Of a stretch of DNA of 64,000 nt, positions 28,473-38,543 are shown piece after piece. The stretch is from positions 95,619-159,618 of IMG/VR virus record IMGVR_UViG_3300025849_000010; one strand, 5' to 3'. The stretch is from a virus. The notes beneath the pieces are model-generated. The model searched no databases. It worked only from the letters and a program-made list of their open reading frames with translations, and had not been told where the DNA came from. The stretch's first letter is position 1; each line of letters starts with the position of its first letter. Both the position numbers and the translations under genes were made by a program.

Positions 28473-29903
28473 TTAGAGGATGACTTGCCAGTGTCCTGGC
28501 TTATATAAACCTTCCCACGCCTTAATCCATTGCTCGCCGTCCCATTTAAATTGTAGGCCGCTGTTTGGATTAATGTTTGTTACATATACCGGGTCACCCG
28601 TGTACTCACTTGCGTCGAATATAATAGTCCAAGAAGTTCCGTCCCATTCGATAATGTCGTTTGCTCCAGCAACAAAGTCGACACCATTTGTGTTCTTCCA
28701 AAAGTCCGGCCCGTCAACGTTGCTTTCGCTTCCGATATCAGCTGTAAGTAAGAATCTAACACCTGGAACGATTGCCGGAGGATTTCTCACAGGATCAACT
28801 ACTGCATTAATATTTCCATCTGATCTTAATGGTCCTACTAAAGTACTATTTGTTGGCTGAGTGTCAATATCCCAATTAACAGTAAGTTGTGTCTCGTCTA
28901 GTGGATTCAAAGTTAAGTAACCAACAATTGGAGTTTTTGAATCGTCTCTACGTAAAAATACCTTAGATAGTCCTGCTCTATATGTTCCTGGCAATGCATC
29001 TAATACACCTTGCCAGTTACCTTGAGCACCACTAGGGGTTGATTTCTCAAGTTCAGAAGCATTACTAAGACCCATCGGTTTAACAAGTTTGATTGTGTTA
29101 CCAAACACAAGCGAATGCCAACTTGCTGCTGCGGTATCTAGATTAGCACTAAATGCATCAGGTACAGTTTGATCCCAACCTGGGAAGAGAATTGAATCAC
29201 CCGGTATGTTAATACCAGTTTCAATTGTGCCTCTGTCTTCGTCGCCAATGCTCATTGCAATAGCTGTAATAACACCTAGTTGTTTTACTTTTACTGGAGG
29301 ACTAATATAAATCGGAGTACTAAACGATAATGTTGACACATCAATTTCTGTTTCAGTACCTTGTGGTATTGAACGAGAGCTCCATGTAATTCCTTCTAAG
29401 TTTACAACACTTAAACTAGTCCAATCAATAAAGTTATCTGTAGTTTGTATTTCTAAACTTGGATTGAATAGCGTTAAAATTTGTTCTATAATTTGTAATT
29501 TTTGATCAGTGTTCGTTGACCAAATATCAGCACTTACTGTTAGAGTGTACGGACTTGGCATTAAGCGTTCAACTGTATACGAGTTGCCTTGCTGTGTAGT
29601 GTAACGCTGGTTTACTTCGTCAAAAGCACGTTCTCTAATGTTTACTTTACTAACTAGTGTTGCATCAGACGTTCTAGTCCTGTCTTGCTCCATTGCTGTA
29701 ACATACATACCTATGCGAGGTGCGCTTGGTATTTTATTTTCTGAATTATCACGAATAATACTTGACACCTGACGTGTGATATCGCCATACATTACGGGCA
29801 CAGGAGTAATTTTTCCTGATCCGTCTTTGTATGTAAAGTTGCTTAGTAAACGCAACATTTGATTTAAATATCGTCTTACTTGGCCGTCATAAAAGTGCTG
29901 CAT
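28473..29903 (-). CDS. gp15: Tail terminator / sheath stabiliser, T4 gp15-like with a C-terminal extension
   Basis: HFYDGQVRRY..VPVMYG..PRIG..PSPYTL..QIIEQILTLFNP pattern; adjacent to the gp14-like gene. Confidence 0.7.
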   Translation of the reverse strand: MQHFYDGQVRRYLNQMLRLLSNFTYKDGSGKITPVPVMYGDITRQVSSIIRDNSENKIPSAPRIGMYVTAMEQDRTRTSDATLVSKVNIRERAFDEVNQRYTTQQGNSYTVERLMPSPYTLTVSADIWSTNTDQKLQIIEQILTLFNPSLEIQTTDNFIDWTSLSVVNLEGITWSSRSIPQGTETEIDVSTLSFSTPIYISPPVKVKQLGVITAIAMSIGDEDRGTIETGINIPGDSILFPGWDQTVPDAFSANLDTAAASWHSLVFGNTIKLVKPMGLSNASELEKSTPSGAQGNWQGVLDALPGTYRAGLSKVFLRRDDSKTPIVGYLTLNPLDETQLTVNWDIDTQPTNSTLVGPLRSDGNINAVVDPVRNPPAIVPGVRFLLTADIGSESNVDGPDFWKNTNGVDFVAGANDIIEWDGTSWTIIFDASEYTGDPVYVTNINPNSGLQFKWDGEQWIKAWEGLYKPGHWQVIL

Positions 29904-31270
29904 TAATTATCGCTCCTTGCTCTCAAAGCTTCTGATAAACTTTGACGCTGTTTGACTCTGTCATTATAGAAGATAACTTCCCATAAGCCTGCATCAATAA
30001 TTTCAATAGGCAAGTTAAGTTTTACTAGATTCGGAATATTGTTTCTAGTATGAGTATCGTACATATTAGGATGTTCGTTAGAATCAAATTCTACCTTGTA
30101 TCCATTTATTTTAAGCATAATAAATCTAGGATTAGCAACTTGTGATTCTACATCAGTTAGTACTACAGTGTCGCCTTTAGCAAGTGATACTAAGTCGGTT
30201 GCTATTTGGTCAATATATGTATATTCGTTATTGTTAATAAACGATGTTTTTTGTGTTTGTCTTGCATCGTCGCTTGTTAAGTTCATTCTCATATTATCAC
30301 GCATCTTAACCCAACGTTCGCCGTCATATCTAAAAAGTCTATTTGGCATAAAGTCTACACGTAAGAAATAATCGCCTTCGGCTACTTCTAGTGGAAATGT
30401 AATACCACTACCAAACGGTGCACCATCAGGTGCTTCTGTAGAGCCCAGTAAGTAACCACTGTATCCGTCTTTTCTAGGAGTGTTTCTTAATGCATCTACT
30501 GTAGCTAAACTTCCTGCATTTAATGAACTATCATCAACTGTGGCTAAATCAACAGTTCCGTTTTCAGTTGACAACGTATAAAAGTTAGTAATGTCATATC
30601 CTGATTTAGGAGCATCTTTTTCAGCTTCTAATAAGTTAGCATTATTAATTTGCATTTCTGCATCATATGTTGATAACAAGTCACGCAATGATCCTTGATC
30701 AGGTGCATCTTCATTCATTGGAAGATCAAGTATTTCTTTAAATTCTTGACTATCGACAATTTGTTTTAGTTTAACACGGTACAAGTGCGGATACCACGTG
30801 GGCGAAAATCCTTCAGCTGCACGGTTAACATCTTCTACAACATAAAAGCGTTTAAGTGCTACTTCATAGTCGTTAGCAGCATATTCATCTTTTAAATGTG
30901 GCAATTCAATTACGTCTCCAGGCATAATTTTTCTGCCTAAAGAATCAACGCTACTGTTAATATGAATAGTCATAAACACTGTATCGTTTTGTAAAAACAA
31001 TCCAAACTGACTTAGATCAAAGTCGATATCTTGGACATTATATATTCCTCTTAAGGAGTAAATATCCTGGTCGTACTTTCTATCTCTATTTTCTAAAAAC
31101 AACAGATCTTGAATTTGTCGCTCGTCTTTCACAGTGGTGCCGTCGTCTGTACCAATGTATTTGTGTACTAGAACATCTGTCCCACCAATTTGGAACATTT
31201 CGTATATCTGTCGATCTAAAAATTTATAGTCTCGACCTTTTTCTGGTTTATATAAACTGAGTCTGGGCAT
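29903..31270 (-). CDS. gp14: Neck protein, T4 gp14-like
   Basis: DLLFLENRDRKY..LSQFGLFLQND..MPGDVIELPH pattern; likely start MPRLSLYKP at 31270 after a TAAATA motif. Confidence 0.65.
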   Translation of the reverse strand: MPRLSLYKPEKGRDYKFLDRQIYEMFQIGGTDVLVHKYIGTDDGTTVKDERQIQDLLFLENRDRKYDQDIYSLRGIYNVQDIDFDLSQFGLFLQNDTVFMTIHINSSVDSLGRKIMPGDVIELPHLKDEYAANDYEVALKRFYVVEDVNRAAEGFSPTWYPHLYRVKLKQIVDSQEFKEILDLPMNEDAPDQGSLRDLLSTYDAEMQINNANLLEAEKDAPKSGYDITNFYTLSTENGTVDLATVDDSSLNAGSLATVDALRNTPRKDGYSGYLLGSTEAPDGAPFGSGITFPLEVAEGDYFLRVDFMPNRLFRYDGERWVKMRDNMRMNLTSDDARQTQKTSFINNNEYTYIDQIATDLVSLAKGDTVVLTDVESQVANPRFIMLKINGYKVEFDSNEHPNMYDTHTRNNIPNLVKLNLPIEIIDAGLWEVIFYNDRVKQRQSLSEALRARSDN

Positions 31271-31278
31271 AGTACAAG

Positions 31279-31310
31279 TATTTATTAGATTCCTGCTCAT
31301 AAGATAAATA
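31279..31310. promoter_or_regulatory. Divergent pair of late-promoter motifs (minus AATAAATA 31279-31286; plus GATAAATA 31303-31310)
   Basis: TAAATA cores on opposite strands pointing to gp14 and to the 1557-aa virion gene. Confidence 0.6.
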
Positions 31311-31344
31311 CTTTAACAAATGCAATGCTAGGAAATAGGATACT

Positions 31345-34300
31345 ATGACTCAAGAAATTATTAACGTTGGCAGCAGCCCGGACGCAGGTGATGGCGATAC
31401 ATTACGTTCTGCGCTAACAAAAACAAATTTAAATTTTACAGAATTATACGGTAAGGTAGGCGGATTTCCGCAATGGCAAGACGGCCTACAAGGTCAAGTT
31501 CTTATTGTAGGTATTGACGGATCCATTCAATGGGGCAGTGCAACATCATCAAGTACTGACGCTGCTACATTAGGCGGCCAACCTCCTAGCTTTTATTTAG
31601 ATTATGACAATTTTGCAAACGTTCCGGCATTAGTTACTTCGCTTTCAGCATTAACTGATACAAGTGTAGGTTCTGCAACAACAGGCCAAGTACTATCATA
31701 CGACGGCGCTGTGTGGACAGCAACTACTCCAGCAGCAGTAGCACAAGCATTAGGTGATTTAACAAACGTAAGTGTAGCCAATCCTAGCAGTGGGCAAGCA
31801 CTTGTGTGGAATGGCGCTGCTTGGGTACCTGGAAGTGTTGCAGCGGATATTGGGTCAACTAGCATTAACGCATTAAGTGATGTAGATACAACTACAACTG
31901 CTCCTAACAATGGTGAAGCACTTGTGTGGGACGGATCTAACTTTGTACCGGGAACAGTATCGTCTACAGACATTTCAACAGCAAGCATTAACGACTTATC
32001 AGATGTAGATACAGCTGGTGCAGTATCAGGTAGTGTATTAAAGTATAGCGGAACTGCTTGGATAGTAGGAACTGACGATAGTGCAGGCGGTATTGCATTA
32101 ACTGACTTATCAGCTAATACTGTTGCTGCCAGCGGCACTGGTACACTAACATATAATAATACACTAGGACTGTTTACTTTAACACCTCCTGATTTATCAA
32201 CATATGCAACAACAGCAAGTTTAGCAACTGTAGCAACAAGTGGAGCATATGCAGACTTAACAGGTACACCAACATTAGCAACTGTAGCAACAAGTGGCGC
32301 ATATGCAGACTTAACAGGTGCTCCTACCATTCCTACAAACGTAGGTGACTTAGCAGATGTAAGTGCTGTTGCGCCTACAACAGGTCAAGTATTAAAATGG
32401 GACGGAGCTGTATGGGCACCAGCAGCTGACTTAACATCAGACGGCGGCGTAGGCATTGCACTAACAGATATTAGCGGCACTGGAGATATTGACTTTAATC
32501 AGGTTACTGGTGTTATTAGCTTTACTAATAGTACCGGTTATATTACAGGTATAGGCTCTTTTAGTGTAGGCGCACTTAGTGATGTAGATATCACAACAGC
32601 AGCACCTACTAATGGCCAAGCACTTGTATGGGATGGAAACGATTTTGTTCCGGGCAGTGTTGCAGCTGATATTAGTGCTACAAGTATTGATGCATTAGCA
32701 GACGTAGATACAACTACAGCAGCACCTACTAACGGACAAGCACTTGTATGGGACGGATCTAACTTTGTACCTGGAAGTGTTGCTAGTGATTTAAGCACAT
32801 CAAGTATTGATGCATTAGCAGACGTAGATACAACTACAGCAGCACCTACTAACGGACAAGCACTGGTATGGGATGGTTCAAACTTTATACCAGGAGATGT
32901 AGCAAGTGTAGACGGAGTTATTAACTTTGCAGTAACAGCTGATGGAACAAATAACTACGTATTCAATGGTGGCGGCACAACAGCAGCATTAGATCCAGAA
33001 ATATATCTATCAAGAGGACAAACATACACATTCTCAATGGATGCAACTGGTAGTCCATTGTTCATTAAAACTGTAAATTCTACGGGGACTGCAAATGCAT
33101 ATAATGATGGCGTTACTGGCAACGGATCAGAAACAGGTACTATTACATTTACAGTACCAATGAATGCACCTGATACACTGTACTATAATTCACAGTACTA
33201 TCCGGGAATGTCGGGTACAATTAATGTACTTGATGTGTTTACACAAGCAGACTGGAATGTAATGTTTAGTACTAAGTCAACTGATGATATATCAGAAGGC
33301 TCACTTAATCAATGGTACACAGATGAGCGTGTTGATGACCGCGTAGCTGCATTATTACAAGCTGGTGACGGAATTGCATTAACATATGACGATGTTTCCA
33401 ATACACTATCAATTGCAACTACTGGCGGCGGCACAGGCGGCTCAAGTACATTCTTAGGATTAACAGATACTCCAAGTAGCTTCTTAGGCTTTAATAACAA
33501 AGTTCTTGCTGTAAATGCAGATGCAACAGCAGTTGAGTTTACAGATATTTCTTCAGCAATATGGGGCAGTGATGTCAAAGGTAGTGTGTTTGGTGATGAC
33601 TCAACAGTACTTGTTGATGCAGTATCTAATTTAATCACAGGCGATGTAGTCAACGATAGTGTACGTACAGACAACCTAGGCGGATCAACTGGCACAACAA
33701 TTAATATTGCTAATAGTTCAATCCTTAGCTTTGGCACAGGCGGGTACATTTTAGGTCGCCCATTAGCAACACTAGGTGCTTCGCGCATTGAACAGGGCGG
33801 ATTAACATTCTATAGTACATTGCCTATGACAGTTAAAGTAGATCCGACAAGTCCAAGCCAAAACTTGAGCTTTGAAGGCTTCTTTACTGGTAGTTTAAAC
33901 GGTAGCGTTAATGGTACACTAAGTGGAGATGTTACAAGTACAAACACATCAACGTTTAATAATTTAACAGTTAATGGAACATTTACTTCAACAGGAACAT
34001 TAGAGTCTGACTTGCAAGGTACTATTATCCTTGGTGGCTTAAATAGTGCAATAATTAAAACTGAATTTGATGATGTTATTATTAACGAGTTCGGCGAAGT
34101 ACAAAACCTAAACGGTCAGCTCCCTAGCTACTTCCTTGATTGGGACAACTTTGTAAACAAACCTGCTATTCCTACAATTACTGATCAAATATCAGAATCG
34201 GGCGCTGGTGCAACTAACAAGTACTTTACAGATGCAAGAGCAAGAGCAGCACTAAGTGGCGGCACAGGCGTAACATATAATAATACAACTGGTGTTATTG

Positions 34301-36018
34301 CACTGGGTCAAGATATTGCAACTAATGCAAGTCCGACATTCCTTAACTTAACACTTACTGGCAATTTAACAGTACAAGGCACAACAACAACTATTGACAC
34401 AACACAATTACTAGTTGAAGACAACATTGTAACTCTTAACTCAAATGTTACAACTGGTGCTCCTACAATAAATGCAGGTATCGAAGTAAGGCGCGGCGAT
34501 GAAGGTGTTAAACAACTTGTTTGGGACGAAGCCGTTGATAAATGGTCAGTCGGTGCAGACACGTTTGTAGCAGCAACGTTTGAAGGTAACTTAAACGGAA
34601 GTATTACAAGCCCAAGTGCAACTATTGAGTTGACTAGTGCAACTAACAAAATTAGAAGTTACTATGCAACACTAGTTGACTTACCAGATGCAACCACATA
34701 TGCAGGTATGATTGCAACAGTACAAGCAACTGGCGAAGTTTATAGTGCTGTTAGCGGAACATGGAATCAACTTGTTAGAGTAGGCGGCGGACTAAACACT
34801 GATGGAGTTCCAGAAGGTGATAATAATCTATACTTTACTGAAGCAAGAGGTGATGCTAACTTTACTGAAAACTTGTTAGCAATATCAACTGACAGTTTAG
34901 CAGAAGGTAGTTCAAATAGATATTACCAAACTAGTTACTTCAATCAAGATTTTGATTATCGTTTAACTAACTTACTATCGAGTGATATTGAAGAAGGCAC
35001 AACTAACTTATACTGGACTGAGCAACGATTTGACGATAGCTTTAGTTTAAAAACTTCAGATGATTTAGCAGAAGGCATTTCAAACTACTACTTTACAGCA
35101 GCACGTTTTGACACCGAGTTTGGAAATAAAACTATTGACGATCTAAGCGGTGTACAATTAGGAGCACCAGCAACTGGCGATGTACTACAATGGGACGGTA
35201 CACAATGGACTAACGGGAATACATTTGCTACACTAGCAGGTGACTTGAAAGGTTCTGTATTTGCAGACGATTCGAGTGTAATGGTAGACGGTCTAACTGG
35301 TGAAATCAAAGGTACTATTAACAACGACGATATTAGTATATTAAAACAAGGTTCAGATGTATACATTACTCCAGCTACAGTAACAGATGGAATTAGACTT
35401 ACTATTGGTGCTAGCAGCTTATTTTATGTCGACGGCAACACTGATTTAGCAGGCAGTGTAACTATTCGTGATTCTGTGCAGACAATGACTGGAGTTAATA
35501 TTCTACCAGAATTTGACTTAGACGGAGATATCGGTAGTGCAGATTTTAGATACGGAAATATATATGCAGGTACTATTGTTTCTAATGACATTAGAGGCGA
35601 CATTACAGGTAGTGTATTTGCACTAGACAGTACACAAATTATTAACGATATTGATGGCACTGTAGTAGGTGATGTAAATAACGCTAATGTAACAACTGGC
35701 GTATTAAAAACAGGAAAACTATCTAGAGGTTGGACTGAACTAATAACTAATGTAACTGCTGAAGCAGGCAGTCATTATATTGTAGATACTAGTGTAACAG
35801 GCGGAGTAACTATTACGCTTCCTACTGTTGCAGAACTAGGTGACGAAATAAGAGTAATAGACGGATTTGGCACAGCTAGCCAGTTTAACATTACTATTGC
35901 AAGAAATGGACATAATATCCAGGGTAGAGCAGACGATTTAATTATCCAAACTGATCGTTCTGCGTTTGGATTAGTTTATTACAATGCAGAGCAAGGTTGG
36001 ATACTAACGGAGAACTAA
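31345..36018 (+). CDS. Baseplate-attached fibre / virion structural protein (1557 aa)
   Basis: N-terminus INVGSSPDAGDGDTLRSALTKTNLNFTELY resembles T4 gp9/gp10 N-termini; multiple L.DVD..AP.NGQALVWDG.NFVPG repeats; C-terminal YIVDTS..TITLP..GDEIRVID..GW domain. Confidence 0.75.
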   Translation: MTQEIINVGSSPDAGDGDTLRSALTKTNLNFTELYGKVGGFPQWQDGLQGQVLIVGIDGSIQWGSATSSSTDAATLGGQPPSFYLDYDNFANVPALVTSLSALTDTSVGSATTGQVLSYDGAVWTATTPAAVAQALGDLTNVSVANPSSGQALVWNGAAWVPGSVAADIGSTSINALSDVDTTTTAPNNGEALVWDGSNFVPGTVSSTDISTASINDLSDVDTAGAVSGSVLKYSGTAWIVGTDDSAGGIALTDLSANTVAASGTGTLTYNNTLGLFTLTPPDLSTYATTASLATVATSGAYADLTGTPTLATVATSGAYADLTGAPTIPTNVGDLADVSAVAPTTGQVLKWDGAVWAPAADLTSDGGVGIALTDISGTGDIDFNQVTGVISFTNSTGYITGIGSFSVGALSDVDITTAAPTNGQALVWDGNDFVPGSVAADISATSIDALADVDTTTAAPTNGQALVWDGSNFVPGSVASDLSTSSIDALADVDTTTAAPTNGQALVWDGSNFIPGDVASVDGVINFAVTADGTNNYVFNGGGTTAALDPEIYLSRGQTYTFSMDATGSPLFIKTVNSTGTANAYNDGVTGNGSETGTITFTVPMNAPDTLYYNSQYYPGMSGTINVLDVFTQADWNVMFSTKSTDDISEGSLNQWYTDERVDDRVAALLQAGDGIALTYDDVSNTLSIATTGGGTGGSSTFLGLTDTPSSFLGFNNKVLAVNADATAVEFTDISSAIWGSDVKGSVFGDDSTVLVDAVSNLITGDVVNDSVRTDNLGGSTGTTINIANSSILSFGTGGYILGRPLATLGASRIEQGGLTFYSTLPMTVKVDPTSPSQNLSFEGFFTGSLNGSVNGTLSGDVTSTNTSTFNNLTVNGTFTSTGTLESDLQGTIILGGLNSAIIKTEFDDVIINEFGEVQNLNGQLPSYFLDWDNFVNKPAIPTITDQISESGAGATNKYFTDARARAALSGGTGVTYNNTTGVIALGQDIATNASPTFLNLTLTGNLTVQGTTTTIDTTQLLVEDNIVTLNSNVTTGAPTINAGIEVRRGDEGVKQLVWDEAVDKWSVGADTFVAATFEGNLNGSITSPSATIELTSATNKIRSYYATLVDLPDATTYAGMIATVQATGEVYSAVSGTWNQLVRVGGGLNTDGVPEGDNNLYFTEARGDANFTENLLAISTDSLAEGSSNRYYQTSYFNQDFDYRLTNLLSSDIEEGTTNLYWTEQRFDDSFSLKTSDDLAEGISNYYFTAARFDTEFGNKTIDDLSGVQLGAPATGDVLQWDGTQWTNGNTFATLAGDLKGSVFADDSSVMVDGLTGEIKGTINNDDISILKQGSDVYITPATVTDGIRLTIGASSLFYVDGNTDLAGSVTIRDSVQTMTGVNILPEFDLDGDIGSADFRYGNIYAGTIVSNDIRGDITGSVFALDSTQIINDIDGTVVGDVNNANVTTGVLKTGKLSRGWTELITNVTAEAGSHYIVDTSVTGGVTITLPTVAELGDEIRVIDGFGTASQFNITIARNGHNIQGRADDLIIQTDRSAFGLVYYNAEQGWILTEN
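32221..32864 (+). repeat. Near-identical intragenic tandem repeats (54-nt and 120-nt periods)
   Basis: 32221-32265 and 32275-32319 differ at 1 nt; 32681-32744 and 32801-32864 are identical over 64 nt. Confidence 0.9.
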
Positions 36019-36019
36019 T

Positions 36020-37537
36020 ATGTTTTTAGCAGAAATAAGAAACGAAGCGGCCAAACCAAAAGTAGTTGAAGAAGGCTACAACGCTGGGGCAGGCGACACA
36101 GTCATTGTAGAGGCTCTAAGTAGAGTTGCTTCGGATGGGTTAGCAGATTACAGACCAGGATTTGCAATCAACTTTCCGACTACTCCAGCAGATGGCGATG
36201 TAATAAGAGTTATTGTAAAGGGATATGGACACACTCAAAATGCTGTAAGCATTAGAGCACAGCATCCTATAGATTTTAGAACTACAGCACAAATACCTGA
36301 TGCAACATATGTTAATCAGTTTCTTGGAGATCCTAAAACACTACTACTTTCAGATGATAATCTAGAAACAGTATTTGTGTATAACGGCATATCAAGTAAA
36401 TGGGATAGTAGCACAAGTGCTGCATCTTTAGATTTTAGAAGACTACGTCCGACAGAAGCAGAACTAGCAACTAAAAACGTGCAGCTAGTAACGTGCGACT
36501 TTCAACCAGCAATGTGGGACAATCCTTTCAATTATGATCCATTAATTGCACAAGAGTCTGTGTACGGATGGAGTGCTCCAACTGCCGCAGCAAACCATTT
36601 AGGCTTTATTGAAAACAGATACGGCTTCCAAACTAACTTCGGTGATGGAGCAGATTTCCCTAGTAGTGGAATATATGTACAAGGCGATCCGCAATGGCAT
36701 GATCATCAATACGACGGAAACAGACCTGCTAACACTGTAACACGAGCAACCCAAGCAGCGGGTGCTGTTACTGACTTTGGATGGTACTTCGGAACTAATG
36801 CAACTGGGGCAGCAGATGCTGATCCATTTGCAGGCGGAATAACTGTAGGAACAACTATTAATAACTTCTTGTTTGGTTATCGCGCATTTAATTCACAAAT
36901 CGGCCAAGGTGCCCTAAACGCTACTGCAACCTCAGTTAGTTACAACACACAGGACACTTTTCCAGATCCACTAGCTAACGAAGGTTACGCTGCAACGCTG
37001 AACGAAAACTTTGATGTTAACTTTCAAATTGTTCGTGACGACATTGCTAATAACCGTCCATTCTTTGTATGTTGGAAACACTGGAACATTACTGAAAAAA
37101 CAACTCCTGCTAACAAACTGCCCCCTGAAACAGTCGGTGGCACAAGTATGTGTAAGAGTTTACCAGTTAAGTTTTACGACTGGGGAGCAGTTCAAACAAC
37201 AGGACCGTTTAACGAACAATATTACGTAGGCGGCGTCGACGACTTTGAATCGTCAGTAGGGCACTGGACCTTATGTGTTGGTTATATAGAAGTCGGCGCA
37301 GGTTATGCTGCTACTCCTGAAAATGCAACACATCCGCATATTTCGCCTTCGAGTAAATACTTAATAGTAGTAGACGACAATGCAATGACAGATGCTAATG
37401 GTGCAAGTGCGCTAAACGGAATGGAACAGCGTGTTCTAAAAGCGATACCTGTAATTGAAAATGGTGTTACTACTGGCAGAACAAACTTAATGGCAACAAT
37501 CCACGTAGATATTACACAAGCAACTTACGCGGTATAA
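36020..37537 (+). CDS. Virion-associated protein with a C39/papain-like peptidase fold, Ser at the nucleophile position
   Basis: GWSAPTAAANHLG, DIANNRPFFV, GHWTLCVGY and YLIVVDD motifs in C39-like order. Confidence 0.5.
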   Translation: MFLAEIRNEAAKPKVVEEGYNAGAGDTVIVEALSRVASDGLADYRPGFAINFPTTPADGDVIRVIVKGYGHTQNAVSIRAQHPIDFRTTAQIPDATYVNQFLGDPKTLLLSDDNLETVFVYNGISSKWDSSTSAASLDFRRLRPTEAELATKNVQLVTCDFQPAMWDNPFNYDPLIAQESVYGWSAPTAAANHLGFIENRYGFQTNFGDGADFPSSGIYVQGDPQWHDHQYDGNRPANTVTRATQAAGAVTDFGWYFGTNATGAADADPFAGGITVGTTINNFLFGYRAFNSQIGQGALNATATSVSYNTQDTFPDPLANEGYAATLNENFDVNFQIVRDDIANNRPFFVCWKHWNITEKTTPANKLPPETVGGTSMCKSLPVKFYDWGAVQTTGPFNEQYYVGGVDDFESSVGHWTLCVGYIEVGAGYAATPENATHPHISPSSKYLIVVDDNAMTDANGASALNGMEQRVLKAIPVIENGVTTGRTNLMATIHVDITQATYAV

Positions 37538-37547
37538 GGACTAATTA

Positions 37548-38312
37548 ATGGCTAATAATTTAACAGAAGAAAAAAGTAAAATATTTGATTATGTAGACGC
37601 TATGTTAGGCGGCGGCATGGTCGATGTCGAACTTGATCCAAGACATTATGAAATTGCACTTAGTAAAGCTCTTACTAGGTTTAGACAACGATCAGATCAC
37701 TCTGTTGAAGAAAGCTATAGTTTTTTAACATTGATAGAAGATCAAAATACTTATACTCTACCTAACGAAGTTATTGAAGTACGTAAAATATACAGACGTA
37801 GTATTGGATCTAGATCAAGTGGCAGCAATGGCGGAAGTTCTTTCGATCCGTTTAACTTGGCATACACTAATACATACTTAATGAGTTCTAGTTCAATCGG
37901 CGGCCTATTAACATACGAATTGTTTTCAGGATATCAAGAACTTGTAGGCAGAATGTTTGGTAGTTTTATTGAGTTTAAATTTAACAGTAGTTCAAAGCAG
38001 CTAACAATACTACAACGTCCAAGATCGGATATAGAAGAAGTCCTATTATACACCTATAACTACAAGCCTGATATTGTAATAATGACTGATACGTATTCGG
38101 GACAATGGATTAAAGACTATACTGTAGCAGCATGTAAAATGATGTTAGGCGAAGCACGTAGTAAATTTGCTACTATCGCAGGACCACAAGGTGGATCAAC
38201 ACTTAATGGCGATGCACTAAAGAATGAAGCTCAAGCAGAGATGGAAAAACTTGAAGAAGAAGTTAAAATGAACATCGCAGGCGGCACTGGCTACGGATTT
38301 ATTATAGGATAA
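37548..38312 (+). CDS. gp13: Neck protein / head-tail adaptor, T4 gp13-like
   Basis: LGGGMVDVELD..WIKDY..A.CKMMLGEARSKF..GPQGGSTLNGDALK.EA..E.EKLE. Confidence 0.8.
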   Translation: MANNLTEEKSKIFDYVDAMLGGGMVDVELDPRHYEIALSKALTRFRQRSDHSVEESYSFLTLIEDQNTYTLPNEVIEVRKIYRRSIGSRSSGSNGGSSFDPFNLAYTNTYLMSSSSIGGLLTYELFSGYQELVGRMFGSFIEFKFNSSSKQLTILQRPRSDIEEVLLYTYNYKPDIVIMTDTYSGQWIKDYTVAACKMMLGEARSKFATIAGPQGGSTLNGDALKNEAQAEMEKLEEEVKMNIAGGTGYGFIIG

Positions 38313-38503
38313 TGAGTAAGCCCATTCATAAAGACGCTTATAGGCTTTTTTGGATGGTAAAGGGGCATCTTAACATAACCGAAGAAACAGTGTATGCTTG
38401 TTACGATGGTTATTTTAAAAGACTTTGGGGCAACCACGAAGCATCATTCCACGAAGAAGGTTTTGAAGAAGCCTATCAAAAAGTTCTTGACAAGCAACTA
38501 TAA
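38312..38503 (+). CDS. Small hypothetical protein (63 aa)
   Basis: TAATG overlap with gp13; fills the gap. Confidence 0.55.
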   Translation: MSKPIHKDAYRLFWMVKGHLNITEETVYACYDGYFKRLWGNHEASFHEEGFEEAYQKVLDKQL

Positions 38504-38514
38504 GATGCTATAAT
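38487..38514 (+). promoter_or_regulatory. Sigma70-type promoter TTGACA-16-TATAAT with extended -10 TG
   Basis: ttgaca 38487-38492 and tgc-tataat 38506-38514, upstream of SD AAGGAG and the kinase gene. Confidence 0.75.
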
Positions 38515-38543
38515 ATACATATTCGTTAAGGAGATGATATTAT

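Noticed and set aside
32221-32864. Direct repeats as a CRISPR array
   Set aside because: The repeats are in-frame coding units with periods that are multiples of 3, there are no unique spacers, and there are no cas genes
36569-36590. SAPTA as a sulfatase-type formylglycine motif targeted by the anSME-like rSAM 9
   Set aside because: The sulfatase motif is (C/S)xPxR; the Arg is missing and the rest of the protein is not sulfatase-like
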